Shown here piece by piece: positions 37,406 to 37,506 of a stretch of DNA of 37,506 bases. The stretch spans positions 147,876-185,381 of the forward strand of contig NIVC01002402.1 of the NCBI GenBank assembly GCA_002269645.1, read 5' to 3'. The position numbers and the translations under genes were made by a program. Below the pieces are notes generated by a model. It worked only from the letters and a program-made list of their open reading frames with translations, ran no database searches and was not told where the DNA came from. Position 1 is the stretch's first letter. Each line of letters starts with the position of its first letter. The DNA is from Macrostomum lignano (Eukaryota).

Positions 37406-37506
37406 CACCAACCTTGCTACGAGTAGTTAGTAAGTTAGGAAGTTTCAAAGAACCCGAGGGCGAGGGCCAGATAGAGGGGCTTCGCGAGCCGGAGTTTGCC
37501 AACCCC

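Overview
Repeat-rich animal genomic DNA, probably from an invertebrate; the taxon cannot be fixed from sequence alone. Three spliced genes can be reconstructed by hand, and the ORF track shows them only partly. (1) A Ryk/Derailed-type WIF-domain receptor gene on the minus strand (three exons, 6274 to 4024, downstream exons not located). (2) A complete Rab10 gene (3 coding exons, 13302-15175, 207 aa). (3) A complete Bcl-2-family gene (3 coding exons, 23076-27186, 379 aa) with BH4-like, BH3, BH1, BH2 and tail-anchor segments. Between the head-to-head Ryk and Rab10 genes lies a decayed Ngaro/DIRS-type tyrosine-recombinase retrotransposon. Other mobile DNA: a tRNA-derived CORE-like SINE, a 5'-truncated RNase H-containing LINE, several non-autonomous DNA transposons with 8-bp TSDs (one nested) and a probable Helitron 5' end. 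Much of the window is micro/minisatellite, and most long ORFs in the track are repeat artefacts. The most notable observations are a consensus internal 5' splice site in the Bcl-2 gene that could give a Bcl-xS-like isoform, a Bim-like SSGYLS degron in an unusually long BH4-BH3 loop, and five sequence-unrelated minisatellites that all have a 23-bp period. No clearly novel multi-gene system could be demonstrated.
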